Below are positions 1 through 9,630 of a stretch of DNA of 64,000 nucleotides, one piece after another. This DNA is from an uncultured delta proteobacterium (GTDB lineage Bacteria > Desulfobacterota > Binatia > UBA9968). Each line of letters opens with the position of its first letter. Position 1 is the stretch's first letter. Where the stretch lies: the NCBI GenBank assembly GCA_963727625.1, contig CAVSHR010000011.1, forward strand, positions 192,001 to 256,000, read 5' to 3'. The notes below the pieces were generated by a model. That model was not told the origin of the DNA. It did not search any database and saw only the letters and a list, made by a program, of their open reading frames with translations. The position numbers and the translations under genes were made by a program.

Positions 1-2
1 AA

Positions 3-461
3 CTCGTCATCGAGCCGTCGTTGATACAGGAAGTGGCCGACGATTTGTCTCTCTCCGGCGCGGTTCCTCGGCGCAATGTAATCCGGCGCGATATCCCTCC
101 GAGGATTGAGCCCCGCGTGCTGCCGCAAGGCGAGGCGCCCAAGCCGCAGGCCGTCCAACTCATAAAAGGCAATCGCAGCAACGGCGTCGCAGAATCTTCG
201 AACGGCGCCGCTCCGCCCGCTGTCGTCCCGGGGGATTTTTTCTTCCTTCTGCGCGAAGCCTTGATCGACGCCATGGGCCCCATGGCTCACATCGTACTTT
301 CCGAGCAGGTAAAGCTTCTTGGGGCAACCTTCGACCGTTTTCCCAGGGAAAAGATCAGCGGACTCATCGATAGGGTAAGTCGGGAAATCTTTGATGACTC
401 GACTCGCGTGCGCTTTCATCAAAACATGGCCGAAAAACTGAAAGCCCTGCCGAAGCTCTGA
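3..461 (+). CDS. C-terminal part of a gene truncated by the window edge, probably an ExeA/GspA-like AAA ATPase of the EPS locus
   Basis: Frame is open from the window start (LVIEPSLIQEVADDL resembles the end of ExeA-type ATPase domains); lies directly upstream of the tyrosine kinase. Confidence 0.45.
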   Translation, partial: LVIEPSLIQEVADDLSLSGAVPRRNVIRRDIPPRIEPRVLPQGEAPKPQAVQLIKGNRSNGVAESSNGAAPPAVVPGDFFFLLREALIDAMGPMAHIVLSEQVKLLGATFDRFPREKISGLIDRVSREIFDDSTRVRFHQNMAEKLKALPKL

Positions 462-575
462 AAGAAAGGATGTTTCCCGCTGAGCCTGGTCCAACGATTG
501 GGAATCGCAATTCAGGAGGCGCTGCGCTCTTTGGCGCGAGACGACATTTGAGACAACAGATTAGGAGATCAATGC

Positions 576-1520
576 ATGAGCAGAGTGTTTGAGGCGTTAA
601 CCAAGGCCGGTCATGAGAAGGAGCGTCAGGCCGATAGCGAGACCATCGAACCTGGTCAAAGCACGGTCCCTGAAAGCGCGCCATTGGCGAGCGCGCCTGT
701 GGACCTGGAGTGGCCGATCAGTGGCAATGGCCACGATCGTCAAGTCCCCGCGTCTTTGCCGAAATCCACTTTCGTTCCGAGCTCTTGGCGCGAAAAAATT
801 GAGGAACTCTTGTTTGGCTGGGATTTACGGCGCTATGCGACTTATCCCATCGTTGCGCTCGAAGAGGAATCGCCGGCTTCCGAGCAGTATAAAATTCTCC
901 GCGCGCAGCTCAAAAGGCTGCGCGCGGAAGCCGGTATCCGGACCATTGCAATCACCAGCCCGGTTAAGAGGGACGGGAAAACTACGGTCGCTGTGAATTT
1001 AGCCGCGTCCATTGCTTTGGAATACGAAGAAAAGGTGTTGTTGGTCGACGCTGATCTGCGAGCGCCGAGTGTCAACCGCTATTTCAACGTCGAGCCCTCC
1101 CCTGGTCTTACGGATTATCTTGGCTCCAATTCCGCTTCGGGGGTGAAAGGGCTAATCCGGGACACCCACTTAGGGGGCCTGAAAATCATTCCGGCCGGCC
1201 TTCCCTCGCGGTTTGCTTCGGAATTGCTGGCCAAAGACAGAATGCGCCGAATGATCGACGAAATTCATACGATACTGCCTGGCTATATGGTCATCTTCGA
1301 TTCGCCGCCGGTCCTGGCGACTCCCGATCCGCTGGTTTTAAGCAGGGTGGTAGACGGGGTGATCCTGGTCATTCGCGCCGGCAAGACGCCGAAAGATTAT
1401 CTCGCAAAGGCTCTGAGCTCGCTCAATTCAGAAAAGGTCTTGGGGGTGGTTCTGAACGGCGCAGACATGGGTCTTGGTTCAAAATATTATTATTATTACT
1501 CGAGTAACGGTCACGGGTAA
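576..1520 (+). CDS. CpsD/CapB family (Wzc-like) bacterial tyrosine-protein kinase
   Basis: EQYKILR, Walker A GKTT, VDADLRAP, DSPP motifs; C-terminal tyrosine cluster KYYYYY. Confidence 0.92.
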   Translation: MSRVFEALTKAGHEKERQADSETIEPGQSTVPESAPLASAPVDLEWPISGNGHDRQVPASLPKSTFVPSSWREKIEELLFGWDLRRYATYPIVALEEESPASEQYKILRAQLKRLRAEAGIRTIAITSPVKRDGKTTVAVNLAASIALEYEEKVLLVDADLRAPSVNRYFNVEPSPGLTDYLGSNSASGVKGLIRDTHLGGLKIIPAGLPSRFASELLAKDRMRRMIDEIHTILPGYMVIFDSPPVLATPDPLVLSRVVDGVILVIRAGKTPKDYLAKALSSLNSEKVLGVVLNGADMGLGSKYYYYYSSNGHG

Positions 1521-1523
1521 ACC

Positions 1524-2921
1524 TTGAGGATCTTCAATAGGTATTTTACTCGGTTCGATTCGCTCCTAGTGCTGGGCGATCTCCTGTGCGTGCTCGGCGC
1601 GAGCATGCTGGTGCGCGGCCTGCTTGACTCGGCGGAATCGTCGGGAAGTAGTCCCTGGCCCGGCTACCTCCTGCATGGCAGCGCCATGTCTACGGTGGTC
1701 GTGATCGCCTTTTACTATTCAGACTTGTACGCGATCGATCAGACCCTATCGGTTCAGGAGTTGATCCATCGATTGGCCGTGGGTTTGGGCACTGCGTGCA
1801 TTGTCATCGGTGTTATAAGTTACCCGATTCCCCATTTCGGCAAGTCGATTTATTTGAGCGAAATGCTGGCGATTGGAATTTCATTAGGATTGTGGCGCCT
1901 CGGTTATATGCGCGTGATCAACAAAGCCGGTATTCGCGCCAAGGTGTTGGTTGTCGGTGTTCGGGCCATTGGCAAGCTTATCGCTGAAGAACTCTGCTTG
2001 AAACGAACCCTCGGCATGGAAGTGGTCGGCTTTATCGGCGCAGAGCCGGGCCACGTCACGTTATCCTATGGCAATCCAAAAAAGGTTGAAATCCCGGTCT
2101 TGGCGCCGCCATCGCTCGCCGGGCTAGTCGCCAGCCGCGGTGTGGATAGAATTCTCTTGGCCGGTGCGGACAATTATCCGCAGTCCTACTTTCAAGATCT
2201 CGTGAGCGTGCGCGCGTTGGGCATCCCCATAGAAGACTGTCACTCCTTCTACGAACGCCTGTCGAGCAAAATCGCCCTGGCTGATTTGACCCCTGAATGG
2301 ATCGCGATGTCCGATGGATTCCGCAGAGACCGGTTTATCCTGGCCTCGAAGCGATTGATCGACGTGATCGTTTCCTTTATCGGCTTAATTTTGGCGGCGC
2401 CGTTGGCATTGACGACCGCGATTGCGATTCGGCTCGAAACTCGGGGCCCGATCTTTTACCGGCAAGAACGGGTGGGGCAAAACGACCGGCATTTTACGCT
2501 CTTCAAGTTTCGCTCGATGGCTGACGAGGCGGAGTCGGGGGTGGGGCCGGTTTGGGCGGCGGTAAATGATCCCAGGGTGACCAGGGTCGGCGCCCTTATT
2601 CGCAAGCTTCGGATCGATGAAATTCCGCAAATGATCAATGTGCTGAAGGGCGAGATGAGCTTCGTCGGGCCTCGGCCGGAGCGGCCGTTTTTCGTTGAGC
2701 AATTGAAACAGAACGTGCCTTATTACGATCTGCGGCACTCTGTAAAGCCGGGGATCACGGGCTGGGCGCAGATCCGTTATCGCTATGGCGACAGCGAGCA
2801 GGACGCCGTCGAGAAGCTGCAGTACGATTTGTATTACATGAAACACATGTCTCCGGTGTTTGATCTGCAGATCATCTTCGAAAGTTTTAAAGTCATATTA
2901 TTTGGATGGGGTGCGCGCTGA
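1524..2921 (+). CDS. Priming polyprenyl-phosphate sugar transferase (PEP-CTERM/XrtA-associated type)
   Basis: N-terminal TM helices; KFRSM, RIDEIPQ, GEMSFVGPRPERP, KPGITGWAQ, KLQYDLYY motifs; TTG start. Confidence 0.93.
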   Translation: MRIFNRYFTRFDSLLVLGDLLCVLGASMLVRGLLDSAESSGSSPWPGYLLHGSAMSTVVVIAFYYSDLYAIDQTLSVQELIHRLAVGLGTACIVIGVISYPIPHFGKSIYLSEMLAIGISLGLWRLGYMRVINKAGIRAKVLVVGVRAIGKLIAEELCLKRTLGMEVVGFIGAEPGHVTLSYGNPKKVEIPVLAPPSLAGLVASRGVDRILLAGADNYPQSYFQDLVSVRALGIPIEDCHSFYERLSSKIALADLTPEWIAMSDGFRRDRFILASKRLIDVIVSFIGLILAAPLALTTAIAIRLETRGPIFYRQERVGQNDRHFTLFKFRSMADEAESGVGPVWAAVNDPRVTRVGALIRKLRIDEIPQMINVLKGEMSFVGPRPERPFFVEQLKQNVPYYDLRHSVKPGITGWAQIRYRYGDSEQDAVEKLQYDLYYMKHMSPVFDLQIIFESFKVILFGWGAR

Positions 2922-2929
2922 GGTGCAGG

Positions 2930-3805
2930 GTGATTAATGCGCTCACTATCGACGTCGAGGATTACTTTCAGGTCCAGGCCTTCGCGGACGTTATCTCCCC
3001 CGCCGATTGGGACCAGTATCCGATCCGCGTCGAACGAAACACCTATCGGCTGTTGGAACTTTTGGAGCAGCGCCGCATCCGCGCGACGTTTTTCATTCTG
3101 GGCTGGGTGGCGGAACGTTGCCCGGCATTGGTTCGCGATATTTTTAACGCGGGGCATGAGATCGGAAGCCACGGGTTTGGCCATCAAATGATCAATCGAG
3201 GCAACGAACGAAGTTTTCGGGACGACATCCACCGGGCCAAAGACATTCTCGAGGAGCAGTTAAACACCGAGATTAAATCTTACCGCGCGCCGAGTTATTC
3301 GATCACGGCGAAGACACTCTGGGCATTGGATGTGTTGGCGGAGATCGGTTTCGATCGGGATTCGAGCATTTTTCCGGTTTACCATGATAACTACGGGATT
3401 CCGGAGGCGCCGAGATTCCCGCATTATAAAGTTTTGCGCAGCGGCATGCGGATGATGGAGTTTCCTCCTTCCACTGTCAGGTTATGGGATGCCAACCTTC
3501 CGGTTGCGGGCGGCGGTTATTTTAGACTCTTCCCCTATCGAATAACGGCGTGGGCGATCCGAAGAATCAATGAAAAGGAGGCGCAGCCGGCGATGGTTTA
3601 CCTCCATCCGTGGGAGCTCGATCCCGAGCAGCCGCGTGTTTCCGCAGGATGGCGATCACGGTTTCGCCATTATCAAAACTTGCGATCTACCGAGAGCAAA
3701 CTAATGCGCCTACTCGACGATTTTTCATGGGCTCCGATGTCGGACGTTCTTGCATTGTCGTTGAACCGTGAGAATTCACAAGACGAGGTTGGTGATGGCA
3801 TTTAA
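2930..3805 (+). CDS. XrtA-system polysaccharide deacetylase (DUF3473 type)
   Basis: TIDVEDYFQV, HEIGSHG, YRAPSYS, GGGYFR, YLHPWELDP motifs; GTG start inferred. Confidence 0.9.
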   Translation: MINALTIDVEDYFQVQAFADVISPADWDQYPIRVERNTYRLLELLEQRRIRATFFILGWVAERCPALVRDIFNAGHEIGSHGFGHQMINRGNERSFRDDIHRAKDILEEQLNTEIKSYRAPSYSITAKTLWALDVLAEIGFDRDSSIFPVYHDNYGIPEAPRFPHYKVLRSGMRMMEFPPSTVRLWDANLPVAGGGYFRLFPYRITAWAIRRINEKEAQPAMVYLHPWELDPEQPRVSAGWRSRFRHYQNLRSTESKLMRLLDDFSWAPMSDVLALSLNRENSQDEVGDGI

Positions 3806-5052
3806 AATTCTTTCCGTGGTCGGCGCTCGGCCTAATTTCATGAAGATTGCGGCAATTTGCGAAGCCGTCAAGACATACAATGCGAAGCAGGCCGGGCAAC
3901 AGATCGACAATGTATTGGTCCACACCGGCCAGCACTACGATGCCAATATGTCGGATTTGTTTTTTAACGATCTCGAATTGCCGAAGCCAAATTTGTTCTT
4001 GGGGGTGGGCTCGGGGTCTCACTCCGCCCAGACCTCCAAAGTGATGGACGGTTTTGAAAACCTGTTGCTGGCCGAGAAGCCGGATGTGGTGCTTGTCGTC
4101 GGCGATGTAAATTCCACAGTGGCTTGCGCGCTGGTGACGAAAAAAACCTGGTGCTCAGGGGGTCCGGGGGGAAAGGATTTCATTCCCAAATTGGTCCACG
4201 TGGAGGCTGGATTGAGGAGTTTCGACCGTACCATGCCGGAGGAGATCAACCGCATCGTCACCGATTCCATATCCGACTATCTTTTCACTACTGAAAAAAG
4301 CGCAAATCAAAATCTCAAAAAGGAAGGCGTTCCGGAGAACAAAATACATTTCGTCGGCAACGTCATGATCGATACGCTCCTGCGCCATCGCTCGAAGGCT
4401 AACGAGTCGACGATTCTGAACGATCTTCAACTACTCGAAGCCGGCCAAGTAAAACCGTTCGCGATTCTGACGTTGCACCGGCCGGCTAATGTCGATGACA
4501 CGGAAACCTTCTCGCGCATGCTCGAATCGTTCATGGACCTGTCTCGCCATATGCCGATCATATTCCCGGCGCACCCGCGCACATTGAAGCAGATCCAGGA
4601 CGCCGATTTAGGCGACTATTTCGTGGATCACTTTTTGGATGGTCCCGAACCATGGGATTCCCGCGTGCGCATCCGCTTGGTGCCGCCGTTGGGTTATCTG
4701 GATTTTTTACACCTGATGTCCCACGCCAAAGTCGTCTTGACGGATTCCGGGGGTATACAAGAGGAAACAACGATTCTAGCTCGTTCCCTGCATCACGCTG
4801 CGAGAAAATACCGAACGGCCGGTAACCTTGACCCATGGCACCAACGTGCTGGTGGGGGCTGATCCGCAAAAGATCGTTGCGGAATTTGCCCGCGTCTTGG
4901 CCGGTGTGCCAAAGCCGGTTTCCATTCCGCGTTTTTGGGACGGCAATGCGGCCAACCGAATTATCGAGATTCTAGTGCGGGAGCGTCTGTCGCTATCAAA
5001 TGCGAGCGGCCCGGTTTGGCAAGAAGGTCCAGTCGCCGCGGACCTGCATTAG
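3795..5052 (+). CDS. wecB: UDP-N-acetylglucosamine 2-epimerase (non-hydrolysing), one frameshift near 4780
   Basis: GARPNFMK, HTGQHYD, HVEAGLRS, TDSGGIQEET; the expected VPCITLRENTERPVT continues in another frame, ending WDGNAANRI at 5052. Confidence 0.88.
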
Positions 5053-5075
5053 ATCCTAGGGTTAGCCCAGCCATT

Positions 5076-6131
5076 ATGGAATGCGAGCTTTTTCAAGGCC
5101 AGGATCGTTTGTGGGATGAGTTTGTCCTGGCTCGTCCGGAGGGTACCTTTTTTCACTTATCTCCCTGGCGGACAATTCTTAAAACGAGTTTCGGTTACGA
5201 GCCGCTTTATCTGTGCGCGCGGGATTCCGACGGAATTCGCGGCGTGCTGCCGTTGTTTCTGGTTAAGAGCGCTTTGTTTGGCCGCAGCCTCGTGGCGATG
5301 CCGGTGGGCGTCTACGGCGGACCCGTCGTGACGGATGAACAAACCCACAGTGCACTACTCCAGGCAGCTACTCGTCTGGCCAAGAAAGAATCGGTGCGCT
5401 ATCTCGAAATACGCGGCAACCCGCATGGTCAATTCGGGATTGGCGCCGATGCCAATGGGGATGCCTCGCGTTGGTCGCGTAAGGATCTCTACTTTACGTT
5501 CCTGAGCGAAATCGACTCGAGCGACGAAGCCAATTTGGCTCGAATCCCTCGGAAGCAGCGTCGCATGGTTCGTCAAGGGGAAAAGCATGGACTCAAAGCT
5601 GTTTTCGATAATCGCCGGCTGATGGAATTTTATAATATCTACGCGGAATCGGTCAGAAACTTGGGAACTCCGGTTTATGGCTTCGATTATTTTCAAAACC
5701 TCGTCAGCATCTTCGGCGAGCGCTGCAACGTCCTCCTGGTCGAATATGACGGCAGAGCGATCGCCGGAGTGTTGTCCTTCTTTTTTCGCGACCAGGTGCT
5801 GCCGTACTACGGCGGCGCCTTAAAGCAGTATCTCCATCTCGCACCCAACGACTTCATGTACTGGGAACTCATGCGCCATGCTGCGGCTCGGGGCTGTAGA
5901 GTCTTTGACTTCGGCCGTAGTAAAGAGGGCACCGGGCCCTACCACTTTAAGCGCCACTGGGGTTTCGAGGCCAAACCGCTCCCGTCCTGGTATTACACGA
6001 TGAATGGCCGAAGTGCGCCGGACACCAGCCCGCTGAATCCTAAGCTGCAGTGGGCAATTCGGATTTGGCGCGGCTTGCCTCTGGGCGTTACTAAGCTCAT
6101 CGGGCCGCATATCGTGAGGCACATTCCGTGA
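5076..6131 (+). CDS. FemAB-related (GNAT-fold) XrtA/PEP-CTERM-associated protein
   Basis: RKQRRMVR, SVRNLGTPV, FDFGRSKEGTG, FKRHWGF motifs. Confidence 0.88.
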   Translation: MECELFQGQDRLWDEFVLARPEGTFFHLSPWRTILKTSFGYEPLYLCARDSDGIRGVLPLFLVKSALFGRSLVAMPVGVYGGPVVTDEQTHSALLQAATRLAKKESVRYLEIRGNPHGQFGIGADANGDASRWSRKDLYFTFLSEIDSSDEANLARIPRKQRRMVRQGEKHGLKAVFDNRRLMEFYNIYAESVRNLGTPVYGFDYFQNLVSIFGERCNVLLVEYDGRAIAGVLSFFFRDQVLPYYGGALKQYLHLAPNDFMYWELMRHAAARGCRVFDFGRSKEGTGPYHFKRHWGFEAKPLPSWYYTMNGRSAPDTSPLNPKLQWAIRIWRGLPLGVTKLIGPHIVRHIP

Positions 6132-7948
6132 TCGATGAGGGCCGACCATTGATCGAAGACCTTACGAACATCGAGAATGGAGCAGCCGCTGCGGCTGAAG
6201 TTGACGGCGGTGTCCTTAAATTGAGCTGGTGTGGGTGGGAAGAACCCTATGCCGATGGTCCGATTCATTTGTATATCGACGGCTTTTGCGCGCCGCAGTC
6301 AATTGTCGGCTACGGAAACGGTTCGCAGGGCTCGACAAATTACGGCGCTCAAATCATCGATCTATATAGGCGACAAGGTTATGAATTCGTCAGGGGTCTG
6401 CGCGGGTCGTTCTCGATCGTCCTGTGGGACGATCGAGAAAAAAAACTCATTCTCGGCACCGATCATTTTGGCACGCGCCCGGTCTATTATTGGACCGATG
6501 GCGCCTCCTTTGCCTTCGCTAGCCGTATCAGTCGCCTTGCCGCTGCGCCGGAAATAGACCAAATCATTGATCTGAATAGCCTGTATTTTTATCTCAACCA
6601 CTCATTCATCCCCGCGCCTTTCACGATTTACAAAAACATTCGGCGCTTGGAGCCGGGCAATGTGCTGGTTAGAGCGAACGGCCGGATCTCGGTGCAGAGC
6701 TATTGGAACATCGATTACGATGAAGACAAGAGCCTGAGCGAAGCGTCGGCTGCAGCCAGTTTGCGTTCGTCCTTGGAAGACTCTGTTCGTTTTGCCCTGC
6801 GGGTCGGAGGCGGTCAAGTTGGCGACGTCGGCGCGTTTTTAAGCGGCGGTACGGACAGTAGCACGATCGTCGGCTTGCTCGGGGAGATTACGGCCGAACG
6901 GATCAAGTCCTTCTCGGTCGGCTTCGAGGAGGCTGCGTACAATGAAATCCACTACGCCAGAATAGCCGCGCAGCACTTCAACAGTGATGCTCATGAATAT
7001 TTTGTTCGAGCCGAAGAAGCACTCGATGCGATCTCCACTTTGGCGGCAGCCTATGACGAACCCTTCGGAAATAGCTCGGCGATTCCGACTTTTTTCTGCT
7101 TGAAGATGGCTCGAGAAGCCGGCGTGAAAACCATGTTCGCCGGCGATGGCGGGGATGAACTCTATGGCGGCAACGAGCGCTATATCACAGAGAAAACTTT
7201 TGCGCTCTACCAGAATATTCCGCGTCCCATTCGGATTCCCCTGGATCGCTTGGCTGCAATGGTTCCCGGCTTTTATCCGTGGCGGAAAATCAAAAACTAC
7301 GTCCGCAAAGCGAACCAGCCCGCCGTGGACCGATTCTTTTCCTATCAGTTGTATTTTCGAGATCACGCTGACGAATTTCTATCGGAAGAGTTTAGAGACT
7401 CTATCGATCGGGAATTTCCGCTCGAGGTGCCGCGGCTCCATTACGCGCGAGCGGGGGATTGCGCTCCGCTCAATCGTCTTTTGTACGTGGATTTGAAGCT
7501 CGCGATTGCCGACAACGATCTATTCAAAGTCAATCGCATGGCGGAAGCTCACGGCATTCAAATTCGCTACCCTTTTCTGGATCCTCATGTCGGGATGACC
7601 TCCGGCAAGATTCCAGCGGATTTTAAAGTTAAAGGATGGTCGAAGCGCTACATATTCAAGAAAGCTTTCGAAAACTTCTTGCCCGATGAAATTTTGCGCA
7701 AGAAAAAACATGGATTCGGCCTGCCTACGGGCGAGTGGTTGAGACATCACCGTGGATTTAGAGATTTGGCGCGATCGCTTTTGTTGGAGCCTCGGGCGGT
7801 TCAACGCGGCTACTTCAAGCGCCCAGCGCTTGAGCATTTGCTCAAGCTCCACGATCAGGAGAGCAGCAGCTATTATGGTTCGTATATTTGGTATCTGATG
7901 ATGCTTGAACTGTGGCACCGCAGTCACGTCGACAAGCCAACTTCATAG
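6128..7948 (+). CDS. Asparagine synthetase-like protein lacking the N-terminal catalytic Cys
   Basis: FLSGGTDSS, DEPFGNSS, GDGGDELYGG, RYPFLD, KKHGFGLP; no MCG N-terminus. Confidence 0.85.
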   Translation: MIDEGRPLIEDLTNIENGAAAAAEVDGGVLKLSWCGWEEPYADGPIHLYIDGFCAPQSIVGYGNGSQGSTNYGAQIIDLYRRQGYEFVRGLRGSFSIVLWDDREKKLILGTDHFGTRPVYYWTDGASFAFASRISRLAAAPEIDQIIDLNSLYFYLNHSFIPAPFTIYKNIRRLEPGNVLVRANGRISVQSYWNIDYDEDKSLSEASAAASLRSSLEDSVRFALRVGGGQVGDVGAFLSGGTDSSTIVGLLGEITAERIKSFSVGFEEAAYNEIHYARIAAQHFNSDAHEYFVRAEEALDAISTLAAAYDEPFGNSSAIPTFFCLKMAREAGVKTMFAGDGGDELYGGNERYITEKTFALYQNIPRPIRIPLDRLAAMVPGFYPWRKIKNYVRKANQPAVDRFFSYQLYFRDHADEFLSEEFRDSIDREFPLEVPRLHYARAGDCAPLNRLLYVDLKLAIADNDLFKVNRMAEAHGIQIRYPFLDPHVGMTSGKIPADFKVKGWSKRYIFKKAFENFLPDEILRKKKHGFGLPTGEWLRHHRGFRDLARSLLLEPRAVQRGYFKRPALEHLLKLHDQESSSYYGSYIWYLMMLELWHRSHVDKPTS

Positions 7949-8037
7949 TGCCGGAATGATAAAAACAGTTTTAAAAATTGATAACTTGGAATGTTTTTTG
8001 CGCTTAAAAATAGGAATGGTTTAGATCTGCTTAAATG

Positions 8038-8118
8038 AGGTAACTTTTGCCCATTTTGGGCTCCGAATAGGCATCCTAAAGGTAATTTTGCCCGCGTGAC
8101 TTGGCAATTCCTGTCACG
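8038..8118. promoter_or_regulatory. Candidate transcription-factor sites upstream of the rml genes
   Basis: Near-direct repeats AGGTAACTTTTGCCC (8038-8052) and AGGTAATTTTGCCC (8080-8093); palindrome CGTGAC-N12-GTCACG (8095-8118) in an AT-rich intergenic region. Confidence 0.35.
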
Positions 8119-8183
8119 ATTGTGTCGTTAGCTTGGGGCGTCCGAACATATCTGATCAAGCCGGTACCTTTCATCGGTCCGGA

Positions 8184-8247
8184 GCCAGCCGCCGTCCATG
8201 CGGTAGTGGCGGAAGCCTGCCCGGCCGGGGGCAAGGTTGCAGCTGGC
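8184..8247 (+). promoter_or_regulatory. Structured leader with ops/JUMPstart-like GCGGTAG loop
   Basis: GCCAGC/GCTGGC outer stem encloses a CGCC..GGCG hairpin whose loop holds GCGGTAG, plus a second TGCCC..GGGCA hairpin; upstream of a long polysaccharide operon. Confidence 0.4.
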
Positions 8248-8271
8248 CGCCGGCAGCCACCTCCGTAATGG

Positions 8272-8377
8272 CGGTCGTCGGTCTTCGGTCACCTGTCGCT
8301 GATGGCTGACCGCTGATGGCTGACAGCTGACCGCTGACCGCTGACAGCTGACCGCTGATAGCTGACCGTTGAAAGCT
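8272..8377. repeat. Heptamer array: CGGTCNN x3 followed by GCTGANN x11
   Basis: Read directly: gctgatg gctgacc gctgatg gctgaca gctgacc gctgacc gctgaca gctgacc gctgata gctgacc gttgaaa from 8298. Confidence 0.9.
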
Positions 8378-8384
8378 ACTAAAA

Positions 8385-9464
8385 ATGCCCTCCAAACTAA
8401 AAGGCCTCGTGCTAAGCGGTGGCCGAGGCACGCGGCTCCGGCCGCTCACCCATACGGCCGCCAAGCAACTCGTGCCCGTCGCCAATCGGCCGATCCTTTT
8501 TCATGTGCTCGACAATCTCAAAAAAGCCGGGGTGGTCGAAGTCGGCATCGTGATCTCGCCGGAAACCGGCGCTGCCGTGCGCGAAGCGGTGGGCAGCGGC
8601 GCGATTTGGGGAATGCGGATCGAATATATCTTGCAAAGCGAGCCGTTGGGTCTGGCGCATGCGGTGAAAATCGCGCAATCGTTTTTGGCCTGTGATTCTT
8701 TCGTCATGTATTTGGGCGACAATTTGATCGGTTCCGGGATCAACGCCTATCGCGAGAAATTTGAAAACTCGGCGGCGCAAGCCTCGATCCTGCTAAAGGA
8801 GGTCGATCATCCCTCGAATTTCGGCATCGCGGAGATCGACGGCGCCGGTTGTGTCGTTCGTTTGGTGGAAAAGCCCAAGGATCCCAAATCGAATCTCGCG
8901 CTCGTCGGGATCTATTTCTTCACCCCCGCCATTCACCAAGCGATCGCAAGGATTTCGCCCTCGTGGCGCGGCGAGCTGGAGATCACCGATGCGATTCAGG
9001 CTTTACTCGCAGGCGGCGGCAAGGTTTTGAGCGACCGGATCGAGGCGTGGTGGCTCGACACCGGGAAAAAAGACGATCTGCTCACTGCTAACACGGTCGT
9101 GCTCGATGAATGGATCACCCGGCGCATCGGCGGCGAGATCGACGGGCCGAGCCAGGTGACCGGGCGAGTGCAATTGGGCGCGCGCAGCCGGGTCATCAAC
9201 AGCACGGTGCGCGGCCCGGCCGTGATCGGCGAGGATGTATGGATTGAGAATTCGTTCATCGGACCGTTTACCTCGATCGGCAACGGAGGCCGCATCGTCG
9301 CGTCCGTTCTCGAGCACTGCGTTTTGCTCGAACAGGCGCGCATCGAGCATGTCGATCGTCTGGAAGACAGCTTGATCGGTAAAAACTCCGTGGTGCTTAA
9401 AGCGAACAAAAACCATCAAGCCTACCGTCTGATGATCGGCGACGACTCCGAAGTCCTGCTCTGA
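8385..9464 (+). CDS. rfbA: Glucose-1-phosphate thymidylyltransferase (long form)
   Basis: GGRGTRLRPLT, KQLVPVAN, YLGDN, RGELEITDAI; C-terminal hexapeptide region. Confidence 0.93.
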   Translation: MPSKLKGLVLSGGRGTRLRPLTHTAAKQLVPVANRPILFHVLDNLKKAGVVEVGIVISPETGAAVREAVGSGAIWGMRIEYILQSEPLGLAHAVKIAQSFLACDSFVMYLGDNLIGSGINAYREKFENSAAQASILLKEVDHPSNFGIAEIDGAGCVVRLVEKPKDPKSNLALVGIYFFTPAIHQAIARISPSWRGELEITDAIQALLAGGGKVLSDRIEAWWLDTGKKDDLLTANTVVLDEWITRRIGGEIDGPSQVTGRVQLGARSRVINSTVRGPAVIGEDVWIENSFIGPFTSIGNGGRIVASVLEHCVLLEQARIEHVDRLEDSLIGKNSVVLKANKNHQAYRLMIGDDSEVLL

Positions 9465-9474
9465 ATCCAGAAGC

Positions 9475-9586
9475 TCACCACAGAGGCACGGAGTTCGCAG
9501 AGGCGAGAGCAAAGCGCATGGCGCGGCCGGTCGTCCGTCGTCCCATAGTCGACCAATCCTCTGCGCGCTCAGCGTCTCCGCTGTGA
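9475..9586. repeat. Imperfect hairpin element (CACAGAG/CTCTGCG family)
   Basis: Arms 9475-9503 (tcaccacagaggcacggagttcgcagagg) and 9558-9586 (cctctgcgcgctcagcgtctccgctgtga) are inverted. Confidence 0.8.
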
Positions 9587-9630
9587 TTCCCGTATTCGTG
9601 TAGTCGTATGCTCCTGTAGTCTGTCGTCCC

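Noticed and set aside
8100-8116. Sigma-54 promoter at TTGGCAATTC (also at 29918)
   Set aside because: No TTGC at the required -12 spacing
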